DNA of 64,000 bases from a bacterium (GCA_965216315.1 CBDCFN010000016.1:1088001-1152000), one strand, 5' to 3'. Shown: positions 30,930 to 40,841, counted from the stretch's first letter. Program-made: numbers and translations. The notes: a model not told the origin generated them from the sequence alone.

Positions 30930-32492
30930 ATGGTGGAAAAAGGCAAGATCATGCGACGCACGGGCACCGTAGCGGGTCTGACCCTGATTTCACGCATTTT
31001 CGGCCTCATCCGTGACATGGCCATTGCCTATGCCTTTGGAGCGCACCGGTCAGCGGATGCTTTTTTTGTCGCCTTTCGCATCCCTAATCTGCTCCGCCGT
31101 TTCTTTGCCGAAGGCGCCCTGACCATCAGTTTTGTCCCCGTGTTTACGGATTATCTGCGGAAAGACAAAAGAGAGGCGCACCATGTCGTCAACGTATCTT
31201 TTACCTTGCTCAGCCTCGTTCTCTTAGGAGTCGTGGCGATAGGTGTGCTGGCGGCTCCCTGGATTGTCAAGGCCATTGCCTATGGCTTCACTGAGAACCC
31301 GGATAAGTTTGCAACGACAGTGCTGCTCACGCGCATCATGTTCCCTTTTATATTACTCGTGAGTCTGGCTGGGTTGGGCATGGGTGTCCTCAATTCCCTG
31401 AAGCATTTTGGGGCGCCGGCAGCCGCGCCGATATTATTAAATTGCGGGATTATTCTCGGTGCCATCGTGATCTCGCATTATGTGGATCCTCCCGTGATGG
31501 GCCTGGCGATCGGTGTGCTTATTGGTGGTTTGTTCCAATTCGGAATTCATCTACCTTTTATGATTCGTTATGGGATGGGGCCGCGCTTTGAATTTAACTT
31601 CAAGCATCCGGCGGTTAAAAAAATACTCCCAATGATGGGGGCTTCGGCCTATGGCGCGGCTGTTTACCAGATCAATGTCGTCGTGATTACTTTCTTGGCT
31701 TCGTTTTTAGCCGAAGGGAGCGTGTCCTGGCTTTGGTATGCGGATCGCATTATGGAATTTCCCTTAGGGATTTTTGGCATTTCCATGGCAACCGTCCTGT
31801 TGCCGACGATGTCTGACCATGCATCCGACGAGGATCATGAGAAGATGCGTGAAACGTTGAATTACGGTTTGCGCATGACCTTTTTCTTTACGGTGCCGGC
31901 GATGATTGGCTTGATTATTCTTTCCGAGCCCATCATGCGCGTCATCTTTCAGCACGGAAGCTTTACGGCGACATCGGCAGCGGCCTCGGCCCAAGCGTTG
32001 ATCTTCTTCTCGCTGGGATTGCCGTTTATTGCGGCCGTGCGGGTCACGACAAATGCTTTTTTCGCGATTAAGGATTCACGAACCCCGGTGCGCATGGCGA
32101 ATCTATCCGTCATTGTCAATGTCGGTTGTGCCGTCTTGCTCATGTATCCGCTCGCGCACAATGGTTTGGCCTTAGCCTTATCTATTTCGGCTATCTGTAA
32201 CTTTATTTTTCAAGTGCTGGCCTATCGACGCCGTGTCGGGCCGATTGGGTTGCGCACGATGATTGTACCGCTCTTTAAAATCATGGGGGCCAGTTGGCTG
32301 ATGGGGACGGCAGTGCTGGCGTTGGGTGTCGCCGGCAAATTCTTTGTGACTCCGCACAATTTTACGCGAGAGTTGATCGGGCTCGGGTTATGTATAGGCC
32401 TGGGCGTACTCGTTTACATCGGTCTCCTCTTCATCTTGAAAAGTGAAGAGGTGCGTGAGCTTAAGCGCTTTACCAGCCGAGGCGGGCACTAA
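30930..32492 (+). CDS. murJ: Lipid II flippase MurJ
   Basis: SRIFGLIRD, AFRIPNLLRRFFAEGA, YADRIMEFPLG. Confidence 0.97.
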   Translation: MVEKGKIMRRTGTVAGLTLISRIFGLIRDMAIAYAFGAHRSADAFFVAFRIPNLLRRFFAEGALTISFVPVFTDYLRKDKREAHHVVNVSFTLLSLVLLGVVAIGVLAAPWIVKAIAYGFTENPDKFATTVLLTRIMFPFILLVSLAGLGMGVLNSLKHFGAPAAAPILLNCGIILGAIVISHYVDPPVMGLAIGVLIGGLFQFGIHLPFMIRYGMGPRFEFNFKHPAVKKILPMMGASAYGAAVYQINVVVITFLASFLAEGSVSWLWYADRIMEFPLGIFGISMATVLLPTMSDHASDEDHEKMRETLNYGLRMTFFFTVPAMIGLIILSEPIMRVIFQHGSFTATSAAASAQALIFFSLGLPFIAAVRVTTNAFFAIKDSRTPVRMANLSVIVNVGCAVLLMYPLAHNGLALALSISAICNFIFQVLAYRRRVGPIGLRTMIVPLFKIMGASWLMGTAVLALGVAGKFFVTPHNFTRELIGLGLCIGLGVLVYIGLLFILKSEEVRELKRFTSRGGH

Positions 32493-33126
32493 AGGTCCAG
32501 TTTCTTTGTCCGGCTTTTTGGCCGAAAAAGTTTAAACTCTCCGCGCAAAAACTGAGTAGCCCATAAGTTAGCGGCATGGCGGCACAGATGCCAAGGCCTT
32601 TCGTTCGCTCCGGATCGCCGATGTAATCGGGATCGGAAAAGCGGGTCAGGATGGGGAAATTCACTTCAAGATAAGAGAGGGTAACGCTGGGTTGAATCCC
32701 GCCGGCTATGCGTACGGCTTTCTTGTCTTCAATGAAATCAGGTCGTGAACGGACATCATAGACAATGTGGAGGCCTGCATTGGCGGTGATGACGCGCAAG
32801 AGGGGCAGAAAGCCGATATGGAGCCCCATGCCGGCTCGAAAATTTAACTCCCTAATCTCCACGGCGCTCTTGCCGCCACCCACGCTGATAAACGCTGCCG
32901 GAACGTAAGCAATGCCTAAGCCTTTGAGTCGCGGCTGTTGCCTGATTAGGTGCCTTGCACGTTCCGGGATGTTCTTAGGATTCAGATCCTCCTTAGTGAC
33001 TTTAGCGCGCTTCTCGAGTTTGAGTTTTTTCTTGGCCTGGTCCACGGTGTTAGTGCCTTCCGGATTAGTGACTCCTAAACTGTGTTGGACCGACCCCAAT
33101 GAAATATCATCAACCTTCGCCGACAT
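32470..33126 (-). CDS. Hypothetical protein, Gly/beta-strand-rich C-half ending WTFSARLGW
   Basis: ATG 33126 with GGAGG; preceded by motif copy 6; no family recognised. Confidence 0.7.
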   Translation of the reverse strand: MSAKVDDISLGSVQHSLGVTNPEGTNTVDQAKKKLKLEKRAKVTKEDLNPKNIPERARHLIRQQPRLKGLGIAYVPAAFISVGGGKSAVEIRELNFRAGMGLHIGFLPLLRVITANAGLHIVYDVRSRPDFIEDKKAVRIAGGIQPSVTLSYLEVNFPILTRFSDPDYIGDPERTKGLGICAAMPLTYGLLSFCAESLNFFGQKAGQRNWTFSARLGW

Positions 33127-33167
33127 AATGCCTCCCATGAATTCAGCATAAAAGATTACGGAATTAG

Positions 33168-33194
33168 GTGTCGGCGGGACGAGGTGATTGTTGT
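33168..33194 (-). promoter_or_regulatory. Recurrent sigma28-like element, copy 6 (ACAAC-N15-CCGACAC)
   Basis: Minus strand ACAAC aatcacctcgtcccg CCGACAC. Confidence 0.62.
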
Positions 33195-33262
33195 GAGTGT
33201 CGCTGAGTTTCAGTGTACCTTGGTACACGCGGCTATTGTGTTAATTTCGAATATTTTCGCAA

Positions 33263-33289
33263 ACAACATATAGTAAGAAGGATCGATAA
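33263..33289 (+). promoter_or_regulatory. Recurrent sigma28-like element, copy 7 (ACAAC-N15-TCGATAA)
   Basis: ACAAC atatagtaagaagga TCGATAA upstream of ORF 33340. Confidence 0.7.
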
Positions 33290-33339
33290 GGGTCTCGTTG
33301 TCGCGGGAGAACAGTGCTTAATAAGGAAGGCAGAATTCT

Positions 33340-35682
33340 ATGCTTCAAGCTATTTCAGCGACAACAGTCCTCGCCAGTACCAGCTCCGGTGCAAGCTTTG
33401 CAATGACGGCCCCACAGCTCCTGGCCCGTCTCGATTCGAGCATCCTCTTTCAAGCCGATTTAAATCTTACGGAAACAGCTAGGTTGGCACAGCATATGTT
33501 GCAATTGGGCTCCGGTCCGGAGTCACTGGTGGGGCTGCTCAGCACACCTCAGGGAACTTTGCCACCATCGACGCGAAACCATCTGCGCAGTGAAGCCTTT
33601 CTCGCTACTGCGACGGAACCAGGTCGAACCAGTGCGTTAGAACGTTTCGTGCATCACTATTTAGATGTCCTTGATGATCCGGAACGGCGTCGAAGCATAA
33701 GCTCTGGTGGCGCCATGCCTTACAACTTCTTTCATTCACCTCCTTTATTTGACTATTCACCTCCGCCGGGAAATCCTTTTGGTGTGGCAAAGATCGATAT
33801 ACCGAGCACACCGTCAGTGCGATTCTCATCAGATGGCTATTATCGCTTATTCGGTTTCTCTTCTATGCCGGGGGCATTCCGAGTGATGGGGCAGTTGCGT
33901 GGTATGCGAGGTCGATCCTTGCGCTCGTTGGAGACCTTGGGGCCACTGCAGTGGGAAGGAGAGCTCTATGAAGGGGCGCTGTTTCCAAACGTCGAGTTAG
34001 TGCGTACGGCATGGCGACGTGAACCGAGCCCTAATGAGCAGGTTGTCTTTAAGGATATCCTCGACGTGATGCCGGCGGATATTTCGAGTCTCAGTGCGAT
34101 GGTGCGCGATGTCGATCGCCTTGATCTCAAGGCGCTGTCACCGGCACAGGCCCGCGAAGTAAGGCTCCTGGCCTGGGTCTTATATAAACTGGCCGATGAG
34201 CAGATGGCGCAGACCAATCGCAAGCGGGCCGAAGAATTGCTAACTGATGCCGTCAGCTTACTTGAGGCCTGGCAACGGGCACATCGAGAACATCAATTAA
34301 GTCTCGATCCATCAGTCGGCACTTTGACGGAAAGTGTCCTCGGTGTTTGGAGTGAGCAGAATGATATGTGGCAAATGCACAACCGGAGTATTGATGGGTT
34401 GATCGACGCCGCAACGAGCAGCTTAGGCCTCAGCGGGCGGCAATTGGGAGTCAGGCAGTTGAGTGGTGCTGCTGAAGTGGTCGCAAGCTATCTTATGATG
34501 GGATATCCCATGCTCGCGCATCAAATTCTGCACTATGACATTGAACCCCACTTAACGAGTCCGGAACAAAACGCAATGAGTCTCAGTGTCTTGCATTATC
34601 TGGGTCGTGATCTCGGCCAAGATGACTTTGATCCCCAGCGTCAAGAGGCGATGCGGCAGTTGAAGGCCCACGTTGAGGCCATTCATGAAAAGACTCACTG
34701 GCAGACCTATCAGTCGGCGGAATGGATGCCCAATACGGATGAGCGCGGTCGCAGCGTCTATCGTTGGAACGCGATTATGATCCGCAATATGGTCGTATCG
34801 ATGCGGACGTACTTGGGTTTGGATGCGGCCGATGAGAAAGAGATTTACGAAACGGCGAGTGGGGAACAATTGTTTCCCATCCAAGATGCGACCGATAGTT
34901 TGTATGCTCAACAGCAGGGGCTTGTTACTCTTTTTGAACATTATGATAATGCTGAGCCGGCTTCGGCCTATAGCGAGTATCGCGACCTAAACAATATCAA
35001 ACGTCAAGTGGAGCAGGCGCGTGCGTCATTGGCGAACAAGATCGAGAGCGCGCCAGCGTACCTTAGTGAGATATTCGCGTCACTGCTCGAGCAGATCAAC
35101 ACGACGCAAGTAGAATGGTTGGCGGCCTTTCCGGAGGGAAAGGGGCCGGCCGATATACTATCTCAGACTGGAAGACATTTTCTGGATGCCGCCCAGTTGT
35201 TAATGGATATGGGGGACAGTGGTGAGGCGCATGAGACGATTCTCAAGGCTGAGAAGTTGCTCGGCGAGGCGGCTCAAATGGATGCCGAACTCGTTGCTGA
35301 GCTTCTTGCTGCGGCCGAAGAGCTTCACATTGAGATTCATCTTGCGCGCGAGAGTCGATTGGTGCTGGGGACAGCTGGGATAGGCTATTATGGCAATGAA
35401 GACGGAATGGCCTCCTATGATCTCGGGACGCTGACAGGGCCTCGCGCTATAACAGCCGATTTTGATGCTTTAGGTGCATTTCATCATCCCGGTCCGTTCT
35501 TGTCAGCGCATCTAGTGGGAGGTGCTCGGATCAATCCTGCCACGCATGGTACTCGTGCGGGATTTACGGAAGGGGTTGGAAAGTACATCGTCAGAGTCAG
35601 TGACATGGAGGAAGCTCTCCGTAGGCTAAGTTTGGAGTCGTCTGAAGATGGCGGCGTTCAGGATGATGGCGACGATGATTAA
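33340..35682 (+). CDS. Hypothetical 780 aa mostly helical protein
   Basis: Long ORF with AAGG-containing upstream region, Ser/Thr/Ala-rich N-terminus and acidic tail; no family recognised. Confidence 0.8.
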   Translation: MLQAISATTVLASTSSGASFAMTAPQLLARLDSSILFQADLNLTETARLAQHMLQLGSGPESLVGLLSTPQGTLPPSTRNHLRSEAFLATATEPGRTSALERFVHHYLDVLDDPERRRSISSGGAMPYNFFHSPPLFDYSPPPGNPFGVAKIDIPSTPSVRFSSDGYYRLFGFSSMPGAFRVMGQLRGMRGRSLRSLETLGPLQWEGELYEGALFPNVELVRTAWRREPSPNEQVVFKDILDVMPADISSLSAMVRDVDRLDLKALSPAQAREVRLLAWVLYKLADEQMAQTNRKRAEELLTDAVSLLEAWQRAHREHQLSLDPSVGTLTESVLGVWSEQNDMWQMHNRSIDGLIDAATSSLGLSGRQLGVRQLSGAAEVVASYLMMGYPMLAHQILHYDIEPHLTSPEQNAMSLSVLHYLGRDLGQDDFDPQRQEAMRQLKAHVEAIHEKTHWQTYQSAEWMPNTDERGRSVYRWNAIMIRNMVVSMRTYLGLDAADEKEIYETASGEQLFPIQDATDSLYAQQQGLVTLFEHYDNAEPASAYSEYRDLNNIKRQVEQARASLANKIESAPAYLSEIFASLLEQINTTQVEWLAAFPEGKGPADILSQTGRHFLDAAQLLMDMGDSGEAHETILKAEKLLGEAAQMDAELVAELLAAAEELHIEIHLARESRLVLGTAGIGYYGNEDGMASYDLGTLTGPRAITADFDALGAFHHPGPFLSAHLVGGARINPATHGTRAGFTEGVGKYIVRVSDMEEALRRLSLESSEDGGVQDDGDDD

Positions 35683-36479
35683 CTTTTCTTAGCCTGTTCC
35701 CAGAGAGCGTCCATTTCTGCTAAAGAAGCATTCGCAAGGTCCTTGCCTTGTTCGCGGAGGCGACCTTCAATGAAGGCGAAGCGTTGTTGGAATTTTCGGG
35801 CCGTGTTGAGCAGCGCATTTTCCGGATTGATCTTCAAAAGGCGCGCGACGTTGACGATCGAAAAGAGGAGATCCCCTAATTCTTCACTGAGTTCTTCTTT
35901 ATTTTTCGGTGCGCCGGCCTGATCCGGTAAGTGTTCATTCAGCTCCGCTAATTCCTCTTTCACCTTGTTGAAGGCATCGCTGAGCTGGGGAAACTCAAAA
36001 CCGACGCGTCCGGCTTTTTGCCCTAATCGATAAGAACGCATCAGGGCGGGGAGCGAAGCGGGGACGCCGGAAAGCAGCGATTTTTTTTCATCGCTCTTTG
36101 CGGCCTTTTCCTTGAGTTTGATCTTTTCCCAATTGCTAATGACTTCATCGGCATCTTCGACCTGAACATCTTCAAAGACGTGGGGATGACGACGAACGAG
36201 TTTTTCGCGCAGCGTATTGCAGACGTCATCGAGCGTGAAACGATCGACTTCACTCGCGATTAATGAATGAAAAATCACCTGACAGAGGACATCGCCGAGC
36301 TCTTCTTTGAATTCTGCATAGTCTTGAGCGGCCAACGCCTCCTGCGCTTCATGGGACTCCTCAATGAGGTAGGAGATAATTGATTCATGGGTCTGTTCGC
36401 GGTCCCAGGGGCATCCGCCCGGCGCGCGCAGCCGGGCCATAACGGCGACAAGTTCATCGAATGCATTGGGTTTATTCAT
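35679..36479 (-). CDS. mazG: Nucleoside triphosphate pyrophosphohydrolase
   Basis: GCPWDREQT, EELGD twice, KLVRRHPHVF; start at ATG 36479. Confidence 0.96.
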   Translation of the reverse strand: MNKPNAFDELVAVMARLRAPGGCPWDREQTHESIISYLIEESHEAQEALAAQDYAEFKEELGDVLCQVIFHSLIASEVDRFTLDDVCNTLREKLVRRHPHVFEDVQVEDADEVISNWEKIKLKEKAAKSDEKKSLLSGVPASLPALMRSYRLGQKAGRVGFEFPQLSDAFNKVKEELAELNEHLPDQAGAPKNKEELSEELGDLLFSIVNVARLLKINPENALLNTARKFQQRFAFIEGRLREQGKDLANASLAEMDALWEQAKKS

Positions 36480-36492
36480 GACACTGCGCAGC

Positions 36493-36521
36493 AAAGTAGC
36501 TGTTGGTCGGCGTGGCGTCAA
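36493..36521 (-). promoter_or_regulatory. sigma70-like promoter of mazG
   Basis: Minus strand TTGACG-N17-TACTTT. Confidence 0.45.
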
Positions 36522-36637
36522 ATTTTAGACCGGGCCAAGGTGGATGCTCTTCATGCAGCAATTGAGATTAGTAATTGATTTTCCTCAGTTTTTAAGGTTT
36601 GCTGGGTCTTTGTCTTCAGGGAGTGAATTAAGGTATC

Positions 36638-37072
36638 ATGTTATTCGAAAAGGCCGTTTGGCTGAATGTAAAGACCGATATAGACGTCTTGCCCATCATC
36701 CATGACGTGAAGCTGGCGATACGCGAGTCCGGCGTTACGGAAGGGTTGTTAACGATCTATGTGCCCGATGGACGCGGTGCCATCATGATTGCCCCTGAAG
36801 GGATCGAAAAAGACCGAGAGTTTTTAAGGTGGCTCCGTGATTGGAGTACGGAAAAACCAAAAGCCAAGGAGGAAACGCCCAAAAGATTGTATCTCAGTCA
36901 TCTTTTTGGGGCGACGCAAACAGTGCCGTTAGTGAATAGTGAAATACGAATCAATCTCAACTCCTCAATCTATATGGTGGACTTTACGGAGGTTGAGACT
37001 CGGCGTGAGTTTCGGGTGGCTCTCTTCAGTGAGGCCCCCAAAGAACAACCACAGATTCAAAGGCGGCAGTAG
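36638..37072 (+). CDS. YjbQ/UPF0047-like protein (divergent)
   Basis: ESGVTEGLLTIYVP, LFGATQTVPL, IYMVDF..RRE pattern. Confidence 0.6.
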   Translation: MLFEKAVWLNVKTDIDVLPIIHDVKLAIRESGVTEGLLTIYVPDGRGAIMIAPEGIEKDREFLRWLRDWSTEKPKAKEETPKRLYLSHLFGATQTVPLVNSEIRINLNSSIYMVDFTEVETRREFRVALFSEAPKEQPQIQRRQ

Positions 37073-37075
37073 TCT

Positions 37076-38050
37076 ATGGATACAGCGAAAACTGAATCTC
37101 ATGAGACCTTGCGATTTGAATGTGACGATAATGCCCTCGCTCAACAGTTGTTTGGTCCCCAGAATCGCAATTTATTGCGTATCGAAGAGATATTAGAGGT
37201 TCGCATCAATGTGCGTGGCGCCAGCCTCCAAATTGAAGGGGATCTTCACTCAGTGGATCTCAGTCACCGTGTTCTCAGCCAGCTCTATGGATTGCTTAAA
37301 AAAGGTCTTCCCATTTACAAAGAAGACGTCGAGCGGGCTCTTAAAATTCTTTCTTCAGACCAAGATGCTGATTTGTCCACTATCTACAAAGAGTCGGTCT
37401 ATATAACGGGCCGAAAAAAAATCATCACACCGCGCAGTCAACATCAGCGTTCTTATTTGGAAGCGATGCAGTCTAAGGATTTGGTATTTGCTGTGGGTCC
37501 GGCAGGGACAGGTAAAACTTATTTGGCAGTTGCGATGGCGGTGCAAGCGCTTAAGGCCAAAGAAGTCAGCCGGATTATTCTCTCTCGACCTGCGGTGGAA
37601 GCGGGCGAAAAGCTGGGTTTTTTACCAGGGGATCTGGTTGAAAAAATTAATCCTTACCTTAAGCCGCTTTATGATGCCTTGTACGATATGATGGACCATG
37701 AAAAGATCATGCATTTGATGGATTCAGGGGTGATTGAAGTGGCACCGCTTGCGTTCATGAGAGGGCGCACCTTGAATTCGGCCTTTGTGATACTTGATGA
37801 GGCGCAGAATTGCACTAAGGAGCAAATGAAAATGATGCTGACGCGGATTGGGCTGGATTCGCGTACGGTCGTGGCCGGAGATATTACTCAAACAGATCTT
37901 TCCGATGAGAGGCCGTCTGGGTTAACGGATGCGATTGCGCGTTTAAAGGGGGTTAAGGGCATCTTTATCCAGGAATTTACGCATGAAGACGTTGTCAGAC
38001 ATGAGCTTGTGGCAAGAATCATTCGTGCGTATGATAAGCCGGCGCCTTGA
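37076..38050 (+). CDS. phoH: PhoH family ATPase
   Basis: GPAGTGKT, RPAVEAGEKLGFLPG, MRGRT, DEAQN. Confidence 0.96.
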   Translation: MDTAKTESHETLRFECDDNALAQQLFGPQNRNLLRIEEILEVRINVRGASLQIEGDLHSVDLSHRVLSQLYGLLKKGLPIYKEDVERALKILSSDQDADLSTIYKESVYITGRKKIITPRSQHQRSYLEAMQSKDLVFAVGPAGTGKTYLAVAMAVQALKAKEVSRIILSRPAVEAGEKLGFLPGDLVEKINPYLKPLYDALYDMMDHEKIMHLMDSGVIEVAPLAFMRGRTLNSAFVILDEAQNCTKEQMKMMLTRIGLDSRTVVAGDITQTDLSDERPSGLTDAIARLKGVKGIFIQEFTHEDVVRHELVARIIRAYDKPAP

Positions 38051-38077
38051 GTCAAATAGCGAGCAGAGGAGTATTGT

Positions 38078-40525
38078 ATGGACAGGAAATGGGGTCCTAA
38101 CCGCAGTATAAAAAATGTGCTCTTCTCATTTAAGCGAGAAGACTGGTCCGATATGCGCCATTTTTGGGCTTCGGCTGAATGGGGTTGGGTTTTGTTTTTG
38201 TTGCTCATTGTGGGGATTACAGCGGTGCTTAATATCGTTTGGGAACCGCTGCCTTCCGATATCCTAGAAGGGAGTATAGCCACCCAAGACATTCGCTCTG
38301 ATCGTGATTATACAATTGTTGATAGGGAGGCCACCCGTGAATTGCAGGAGCTAGCCCAGAAAAAAGTGCTGCCGGTCTTTTTATATGATGACGTGTATAA
38401 AGATGAAGTCCTCGATAAGATTAATAGCGCCTTTGGGAGAGTTAAGGCGCGGTATAACGAGCTAGTGACGCTTAATAATGACGACGTTGTCTTGCCACCG
38501 CAGCAAGTTGAGAATTTACGCACCTTATTTACAGATACTCTAGGCGTGTCTGTGTCGGTGCGTGATTTTGAGAGCCTCGTAAGTTCCAAGTTTGATCTAG
38601 CGCTGCAAAAATCCTTAACGAAAGGTCTTGAAGACGTCTTGCAGTACCCGATTCTCGAAGACGGCGATATCATTGAGCCTTACCGTGAAGAAGGGGTTCA
38701 GTTGCTGACGCCAGGTAAAGAGGAAGACAGTCAGATTCTTAAAGGCCGGTCACTGGATGCACTCAAAAAAGTCGAGGAAATTAAAAAGACGATTACGCTC
38801 GGTGAGATTCCTGAAGCGGTTGAGGGAGATATCAAGGCGGTATTACTGCTAATTGCGCAGTCATTTATCGAGCCGACCGCGGTCTTTAGCCCGCAGGAGA
38901 CGGATCGGCGCATGCAGGCAGCCGTGGCATCCATCGAACCCGTAGTGATTCGCATTCAACCCGGTGAATCAATCATTCGCCGTGGCGATCGGTTTGAACC
39001 TCGCGATATATCAATCATCGAGGGGATGAAGAAGGTCAAAGCTCAACGAAATTTTCGCTGGAAGTTTGTCGGGACGGCTCTATTTTCATTTTTCTTTTTA
39101 TTAGGGCTTTATACCTTTACGGTCAGGTTCTTATTCCGGTTTCACCCAAGGCATAAAGATCTCATCTGTATGGGGCTTATGCTAATTATCACCCTAGGGA
39201 TTTTAAGATTGGGCCTCTCGGTTGGACATGCCGTTCGTGATGCCGTTCCCTTTGATATTCCATTGAGTGCCCTTTTCTACGTCATTCCTGCTGCCGGCGG
39301 AGCGATGGTGATTCGAATGGTGCGCAATGCGCAGGAGGCGATGATTTTCGCCATCGCAGCGGCTATCTTGTTAGGTTTGGCTCCGGATATGGAAATCCAT
39401 TATGTCGCCTATTACTTGTTAGGCGGATTAGTCGGGGCGGGGGCCTTAAACCGAGCGGATTCACGTTCCGCCCTGTGGAAGGCAGGAATTATGACGGGCC
39501 TATTTCAGGCGGTGCTTGTGCTGGCCTTTGAGCTTATTCGCTCGATCGAACTCCTGGCCATGCTGGAGCTCAATAATATCTTGTGGGGGATGGGGGCGGC
39601 GCTCTTGGGCGGCTTGTTGGCTGCTTTTGTAACCCAAGCCTTAGCAAGTGTCGCCGAATCCGTATTTGGTTATGTGACTGACATTCAGTTGTTGGAGCTC
39701 AGTGGCCTCAATCATCCTCTCTTAAGGGAGCTAATCGTCCGGGCGCCGGGAACCTATCATCATAGTCATTTAGTCGGGGGGCTCGCCGAGGCGGCTTGCC
39801 GTGAGATTGGGGCGAACGGATTGTTTGCGCGCGTTGCCTCGTATTTCCATGATATTGGAAAAATGACGAAGTCTGATTATTTCATTGAAAATCAAATTGA
39901 TGGAGAAAACCGGCATGAATCATTGAGTCCGTCGATGAGTGCGCTCGTTATTCAAAATCACGTTAAGGATGGGATGGAGTTGGCGCGGAAATACGGTTTG
40001 CCGGAGCCGATTGTTGATATTATTCCCCAGCATCAAGGGACCAAGTTGATCCGCTATTTCTATTCCAAGGCGAAGGAGCAGGAAGATCCTAATGTGTCTC
40101 AGGTCTCCGAAAAGGATTACCGTTATCCGGGGCCACGGCCGCAAACACGGGAAGCAGGCGTGATATTGCTCGCGGATGGCGTGGAAGCGGCCACTCGTTC
40201 TATGCCGGATAAATCACCGACGAAGATACGTGCCATGGTTGAAAAACTGATTAATTTGAATTTTACGGATGGACAGCTTGATGACTGTGAACTCACGTTG
40301 CGTGATATTCACGATATTGGAGATGCCTTTACACGGATATTAATCGGGATTTATCACAAACGCATTGAATATCCCGATATCCCTGGCGCCGAAAATGAAA
40401 AACTCCGTAAAGGAATTCATGGAGAACAGAGTCAGCATCCAAAACAACAGTCCGACTCCGATCCCTCCCAAGAAGAAACTCAGCGAACTAATCGACCGAA
40501 TTTGCGGGATATTAGTCGAAAATAG
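38078..40525 (+). CDS. 7TM-HD (HDIG) phosphohydrolase, PgpH-like
   Basis: Extracellular domain, 7 TM helices, APGTYHHS, HDIGK, HVKDG, LADGVEA. Confidence 0.93.
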   Translation: MDRKWGPNRSIKNVLFSFKREDWSDMRHFWASAEWGWVLFLLLIVGITAVLNIVWEPLPSDILEGSIATQDIRSDRDYTIVDREATRELQELAQKKVLPVFLYDDVYKDEVLDKINSAFGRVKARYNELVTLNNDDVVLPPQQVENLRTLFTDTLGVSVSVRDFESLVSSKFDLALQKSLTKGLEDVLQYPILEDGDIIEPYREEGVQLLTPGKEEDSQILKGRSLDALKKVEEIKKTITLGEIPEAVEGDIKAVLLLIAQSFIEPTAVFSPQETDRRMQAAVASIEPVVIRIQPGESIIRRGDRFEPRDISIIEGMKKVKAQRNFRWKFVGTALFSFFFLLGLYTFTVRFLFRFHPRHKDLICMGLMLIITLGILRLGLSVGHAVRDAVPFDIPLSALFYVIPAAGGAMVIRMVRNAQEAMIFAIAAAILLGLAPDMEIHYVAYYLLGGLVGAGALNRADSRSALWKAGIMTGLFQAVLVLAFELIRSIELLAMLELNNILWGMGAALLGGLLAAFVTQALASVAESVFGYVTDIQLLELSGLNHPLLRELIVRAPGTYHHSHLVGGLAEAACREIGANGLFARVASYFHDIGKMTKSDYFIENQIDGENRHESLSPSMSALVIQNHVKDGMELARKYGLPEPIVDIIPQHQGTKLIRYFYSKAKEQEDPNVSQVSEKDYRYPGPRPQTREAGVILLADGVEAATRSMPDKSPTKIRAMVEKLINLNFTDGQLDDCELTLRDIHDIGDAFTRILIGIYHKRIEYPDIPGAENEKLRKGIHGEQSQHPKQQSDSDPSQEETQRTNRPNLRDISRK

Positions 40526-40841
40526 GGCTGGAGTGGAGCTCATCTTTATGAGCGATGCGCAAATCCGACCTTATTATAAGGAGTACTTCGGGGAGGATCG
40601 AGCGACGGACGTCATAGCTTTTCCTTTGGAAGATGAGGAATTGCTGGGGTCCATTGTTGTTTCGATCGAAACTGCGGAGCGACAGGCCAAAGAGCATGGA
40701 AAATCTCTTTGGGAAGAAGTCCGTTTTCTGATCATCCACGGTTTTCTGCATTTGCTCGGCTATGATCACGGCGAGGAGGAAGAGAAACGCGTGATGCAGG
40801 CCAAAGAGCAGGAATTACTTGCGTTGACTGAATCTATCTGA
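40419..40841 (+). CDS. ybeY: rRNA maturation endoribonuclease YbeY
   Basis: ATDVIAFP, HGFLHLLGYDH; start at ATG 40419. Confidence 0.95.
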   Translation: MENRVSIQNNSPTPIPPKKKLSELIDRICGILVENRAGVELIFMSDAQIRPYYKEYFGEDRATDVIAFPLEDEELLGSIVVSIETAERQAKEHGKSLWEEVRFLIIHGFLHLLGYDHGEEEEKRVMQAKEQELLALTESI

